This document shows positions 60,350-64,000 of a stretch of 64,000 nucleotides of DNA, piece after piece; the first letter of the stretch is position 1; every line of letters begins with the position of its first letter. The position numbers and the translations under genes are program-made. The stretch lies in NCBI GenBank assembly GCA_965219085.1, contig OZ244720.1:928001-992000 (forward strand). Reading direction: 5' to 3'. The notes beneath the pieces are model-generated. The model was given only the letters and a program-made list of their open reading frames with translations, ran no database searches and was not told the DNA's origin. The DNA is from Dehalococcoidia bacterium (lineage in GTDB: Bacteria; Chloroflexota; Dehalococcoidia; UBA2979).

Positions 60350-60476
60350 GACAGGTTCGTCGCTCACGGGATCGTAGCACCCAGGTACGAGCTTGGGACG
60401 GTGTATTGCAAATCCGATAAGCCGCGCGGTGGAGGGTCGTTTGTTCGTGTTCGGCACCCCCACCTACAATGCCTCC

Positions 60477-60563
60477 ATGACGCATTACGCGATCACACGC
60501 ACGAGGGCGAGGCGCGCCGACCGGCCAACAGGGCCGGCGGCGTCGATCATCGCGCGCGGCTAG
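60477..60563 (+). CDS. Putative cimA leader peptide (28 aa, Ile-Ile near the stop, Thr-rich)
   Basis: TTGTTC-18-TACAAT-6 nt-ATG; MTHYAITRTRARRADRPTGPAASIIARG*. Confidence 0.6.
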   Translation: MTHYAITRTRARRADRPTGPAASIIARG

Positions 60564-60663
60564 CGCACCCCACCCAACACTCCACGGCGCTCACCAGCCT
60601 GCGAGGCGGCATCGACACGCCCCACGACCCGCTGAACGCGCCGAACCAGGACGGCGGTAGACC

Positions 60664-62268
60664 ATGACCAACAGCGCGGCCGAGCCGAATCGCGTCCACC
60701 TCTACGACACCACCCTCCGCGACGGCCTCGGGATGGAGGGCCTCTCCCTCTCCGTCGAGGACAAGATCGCCATTGCCCGCCGCCTCGACGAACTCGGCGT
60801 CGAGTACATCGAGGGCGGCTACCCGGGCTCCAACCCCAAGGACGCCGAGTTCTTCGAGCGCATGCGCGAGACCCCGCTGCGCAACGCCAGGCTCGTCGCC
60901 TTTGGCTCGACGCGGCGAGTCGGCGGCGAGGCTGCGACGGACCCGGCGCTTGCCGCGATCCTCGCCGCCGGGACGCCCGTGGCGACCCTCGTCGGCAAGT
61001 CCTCGGCCGAGCAGGTGCGCACCGTCCTCGAAACGACCGAGGAGGAGAACCTCGCGATGATCGCGGACTCCGTGCGCCTGCTCGTCGAGCACGGCCGCGA
61101 GGTGATCTTCGACGCCGAGCACTTCTTCGACGGCTTCGCCGACGACCCGCAGTACGCGATCGCCACGCTGCGCGCGGCGGCCGGCGCGGGCGCCTCGGCG
61201 GTGGCGCTCTGCGACACCAACGGCGGTTCGATGCCGGAGCACGTCGTGCGAGGCGTGCAGGAGGCAGTGCGGGTGGTCGACTGCGGAATCGGCATCCACG
61301 TCCACAACGACACCGACCTCGCCGTCGCGAACACGCTGCTGGCCGTGCAGGCCGGCGCGACGCAGGTGCAGGCGTGCCTCAACGGCTGGGGCGAGCGCTG
61401 CGGCAACGCGAACATCATCTCGGTCATCGCGAACCTCCAGCTCAAGCTCGGTATCGAGGTGGTGGGCGAGGAGCAACTCGAGCGGCTCACCGAGCTCTCG
61501 CACTTCGCCACGGAGTTGGCGAACCTCGCACCGAACCCGCAGCAGCCCTACGTGGGGACCAGCGCGTTCGCGCACAAGGCGGGACTGCACGTCGCCGCCA
61601 TCACGAAGTCGGCGGGCTCCTACACCCACGTCGACCCGGGCGCCGTCGGCAACATCGAGCGCGTACTCGTCTCCGAACTCTCCGGGCGGCGCAACATCGT
61701 CGCCAAGCTCGCCGAGCAGGATGCCGGGATCGCACTCAGTAGCGCAGAGGCCAGCGCGCTGGCCGAGGACGTGAAGGACCGCGAAGCGCGCGGCTTCCAG
61801 TACGAGTCCGCGGAAGCATCGTTCGAGCTGCTCGCGCGGCGCTCGCTCGGCGGCTACATCGCGCCGTTCGGCCTCGAGGACTTCCTGATCGTCGAGCGCC
61901 GCCGGCCGGGCGGGGGCGAGGCGGAGAACGAGATGCAGGCCGAGGCGATGGTGAAGGTGCGCGTCGGCGAGACGCTGAGCCAGACTGCCGCCGACGGCAA
62001 CGGCCCGGTCTCTGCCCTCGACGCTGCCGTGCGACGCGCGCTGCTCGAGTCGTTCCCGGACCTCGCTCGCGTGCACCTGGTGGACTACAAGGTGCGGATC
62101 ATCAACCCCGACGGCGGCGCCGACGCCGCCGTGCGCGTGCTCATCGAGTCCTCGGACGGCGCGCACCTCTGGCGCACCGTCGGCGCCTCAACCGACGTGG
62201 TCGAGGCGTCGTGGTTGGCGCTTCAGGACGCGTACGAGTACTGGATCATGCGCTGGGGAGGGATATAG
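60664..62268 (+). CDS. cimA: Citramalate synthase
   Basis: YDTTLRDG, EGGYPGSNPKD, FDAEHFFDG, LCDTNGG, GERCGNAN, AFAHKAG.H, SELSGR, YE.AEASFEL, DYKVRI. Confidence 0.93.
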   Translation: MTNSAAEPNRVHLYDTTLRDGLGMEGLSLSVEDKIAIARRLDELGVEYIEGGYPGSNPKDAEFFERMRETPLRNARLVAFGSTRRVGGEAATDPALAAILAAGTPVATLVGKSSAEQVRTVLETTEEENLAMIADSVRLLVEHGREVIFDAEHFFDGFADDPQYAIATLRAAAGAGASAVALCDTNGGSMPEHVVRGVQEAVRVVDCGIGIHVHNDTDLAVANTLLAVQAGATQVQACLNGWGERCGNANIISVIANLQLKLGIEVVGEEQLERLTELSHFATELANLAPNPQQPYVGTSAFAHKAGLHVAAITKSAGSYTHVDPGAVGNIERVLVSELSGRRNIVAKLAEQDAGIALSSAEASALAEDVKDREARGFQYESAEASFELLARRSLGGYIAPFGLEDFLIVERRRPGGGEAENEMQAEAMVKVRVGETLSQTAADGNGPVSALDAAVRRALLESFPDLARVHLVDYKVRIINPDGGADAAVRVLIESSDGAHLWRTVGASTDVVEASWLALQDAYEYWIMRWGGI

Positions 62269-62337
62269 GAGCCGACGCCAGGCGTCGTCCCGCCCCGAGC
62301 CCGGAACGCGGCCCGTGCCGGAAGTCCCACGCAGCCC

Positions 62338-63810
62338 TCAGATGTCTCCTCTGGCGGAGGAGTCCGCGGTGAGCGGGACCGAGACGGCGGCGAGGCTGAC
62401 GGTGAACACCGTCCCCTCTTCGCTGGTGGAGCGGACCTCGATCGTCCCCCCATGCGCCTGCACGAGTTCGGCGACGATGGCCAGGCCCAGGCCGCTGTGC
62501 GCGCTGCTGCTGCGTGCCGGATCGACCTGGTAGAAACGGTCGAAGATGTGATCCAGCTCGTCCGGCGGGATGGGCGGGCCACCGTTGTGCACCTCCATCA
62601 CGACGCCATCGCCGGCGCGCTCCGTGCGGACCACGACAGCGGAGTCCGGGGGCGCGAAGCGGATCGCGTTCTCCAGCAGGTTCGCGCAGACCTGCTCAAG
62701 CCGCCGCTCGTCACCGATGACGAGCGCCCCCGCGAGGCGGGGTTCGACTCGCACCCCGGCTGCCTCGGCCTCGAAGCGCAGCCTCCGGAGCGTCGCCGTG
62801 ATCAGCCCGTCGAGGTTCACGGGTTCGCGCTCAATCTCCAGTTCACCCGACTCGAGGCGCGAGAGGTAGAGGAGGTCGTCAACGAGTTCACGCATGCGCT
62901 CGGACTCTTCATGGACGACCTCGGCGAGGTTGCGCGCCTCCTCCGGGTCAGTGACGACCCCGTCGGCGAACGCCTGCGTGAATCCCTGGATCGAGGTGAG
63001 GGGCGTGCGCAGCTCATGAGACACGTCGGCGAGCAACTGCCGCATGGAACGGTTGCTGCGGTTGACCTGGGACGACATCTGGTTGAACGCGCGGGCGAGG
63101 TTGGCGATCTCGTCGTTGCCGCGAACCTCGATGGTTTGTTCATAGTCGCCGCGCGCCATGGCCTGGGCCGCGCCGGTCATCTGCACGATCGGGCGCGTGA
63201 TGCGCTGCGCAAGCAGCGTGCTGACCACCACCGCGAAGAGCGCCGCGATGCCGCCACCGAGCAGCAGCCGCGGCAGCAGTGCCGCCCACGCCTCCGTTAC
63301 GTCACCTGCGGGCACCGCGATGTAGAGCCTTGGCTCGGTGACCGGCAGCAACCGCATGACGGCGGCCTCGGTCTCGCTGTTCGAGGCGAATACGAACAGG
63401 TCGTGACCGCCTACCCGGACGCGACTCGAGACGAAGGACGCACCGTCGGACGAAATCGACTCCTCGCTGGTGTCCGGTCCGGACATGGCCATTGTCTCGC
63501 CCAGGAGGGAGCCCGCCTCGGTACTGTCGAATATCACGCGGCCATCGCCGTCGACGAGCAGGACCCGAACGTCGAAGAACTCCGCATAGGCGGCGAGCTG
63601 CGGGTCGATGCGTTGCCTGGACCAGCCAACGAACGCCATTTCGTCGTACGCCTGCGAGATCGGAGCGACGAGGTGGCCGATCCGCTCCTCAGCCCGGCGC
63701 GCCTCGTGATCGCGGAGCAGAAACAGGGAGGCGACGGCGATGAGGATGAGGATGAGCGCAATGACCACGCCGAAGCTGAGCAGGAGGCGGAGGCGGAGAC
63801 TGTGGATCAT
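62338..63810 (-). CDS. HAMP-domain sensor histidine kinase
   Basis: Two TMs, HAMP, DVSHELRTPLTSI, NLLENAIRF, FDRFYQ.D, GLGLAI. Confidence 0.95.
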   Translation of the reverse strand: MIHSLRLRLLLSFGVVIALILILIAVASLFLLRDHEARRAEERIGHLVAPISQAYDEMAFVGWSRQRIDPQLAAYAEFFDVRVLLVDGDGRVIFDSTEAGSLLGETMAMSGPDTSEESISSDGASFVSSRVRVGGHDLFVFASNSETEAAVMRLLPVTEPRLYIAVPAGDVTEAWAALLPRLLLGGGIAALFAVVVSTLLAQRITRPIVQMTGAAQAMARGDYEQTIEVRGNDEIANLARAFNQMSSQVNRSNRSMRQLLADVSHELRTPLTSIQGFTQAFADGVVTDPEEARNLAEVVHEESERMRELVDDLLYLSRLESGELEIEREPVNLDGLITATLRRLRFEAEAAGVRVEPRLAGALVIGDERRLEQVCANLLENAIRFAPPDSAVVVRTERAGDGVVMEVHNGGPPIPPDELDHIFDRFYQVDPARSSSAHSGLGLAIVAELVQAHGGTIEVRSTSEEGTVFTVSLAAVSVPLTADSSARGDI

Positions 63811-63831
63811 GGCGCGCCCGGTACGTCGGGG

Positions 63832-64000
63832 TTATGACGCCCTGGCGGGGGTCAGCTTGTAGCCGACGCCCCACACGGTCTCGATCTCAGCATCGGCGTC
63901 GTGCAGCTTCTCGCGCAGCGAGGCGACGTGGACGTTGATGGTGCGCGCATCGCCGTAGTAGTCGTGCCCCCACACCATCGAGAGCAGCCGTTCGCGGTCG
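63832..64000 (-). CDS. OmpR-family response regulator, C-terminal part (runs off the window end)
   Basis: Manual translation: DRERLLSMVWGHDYYGDARTINVHVASLREKL...IETVWGVGYKL. Confidence 0.92.
   Translation of the reverse strand, partial: DRERLLSMVWGHDYYGDARTINVHVASLREKLHDADAEIETVWGVGYKLTPARAS

Overview
High-GC (about 70% by eye) bacterial chromosomal window. Gene content and protein families suggest Chloroflexota/Dehalococcoidia, possibly host-associated; this is inference, as no marker gene is present. All family calls come from motif recognition by eye, not database searches. Left part: a higA antitoxin behind an internally deleted higB, a MoxR-DUF58-DUF4129 operon, and an ABC-type ATPase plus TOPRIM gene pair in which the TOPRIM gene is disrupted by an intact IS5. 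Between 10 and 23 kb are two membrane-anchored LuxR-HTH proteins with near-identical N-termini but different extracytoplasmic domains, a lipoprotein paralog of one ectodomain, and an orphan C-terminal SH3-like fragment. Middle part: a minus-strand run of acyl-CoA ligase, membrane Fe-S oxidoreductase, etfB, etfA, coaE, a CbbQ/NorQ ATPase, a phosphoesterase and a large VWA protein, with no RuBisCO or NO reductase in view. Next come an ~860 bp islet with two convergent structured or tRNA-like RNAs, a ligand-less Rieske-like protein and two enoyl-CoA hydratases. Right part: ilvE, ilvBNC-leuA-leuCD-leuB and cimA, with three unannotated candidate leader peptides (Leu/Val, Leu, Ile/Thr), a vapBC pair and a two-component system.
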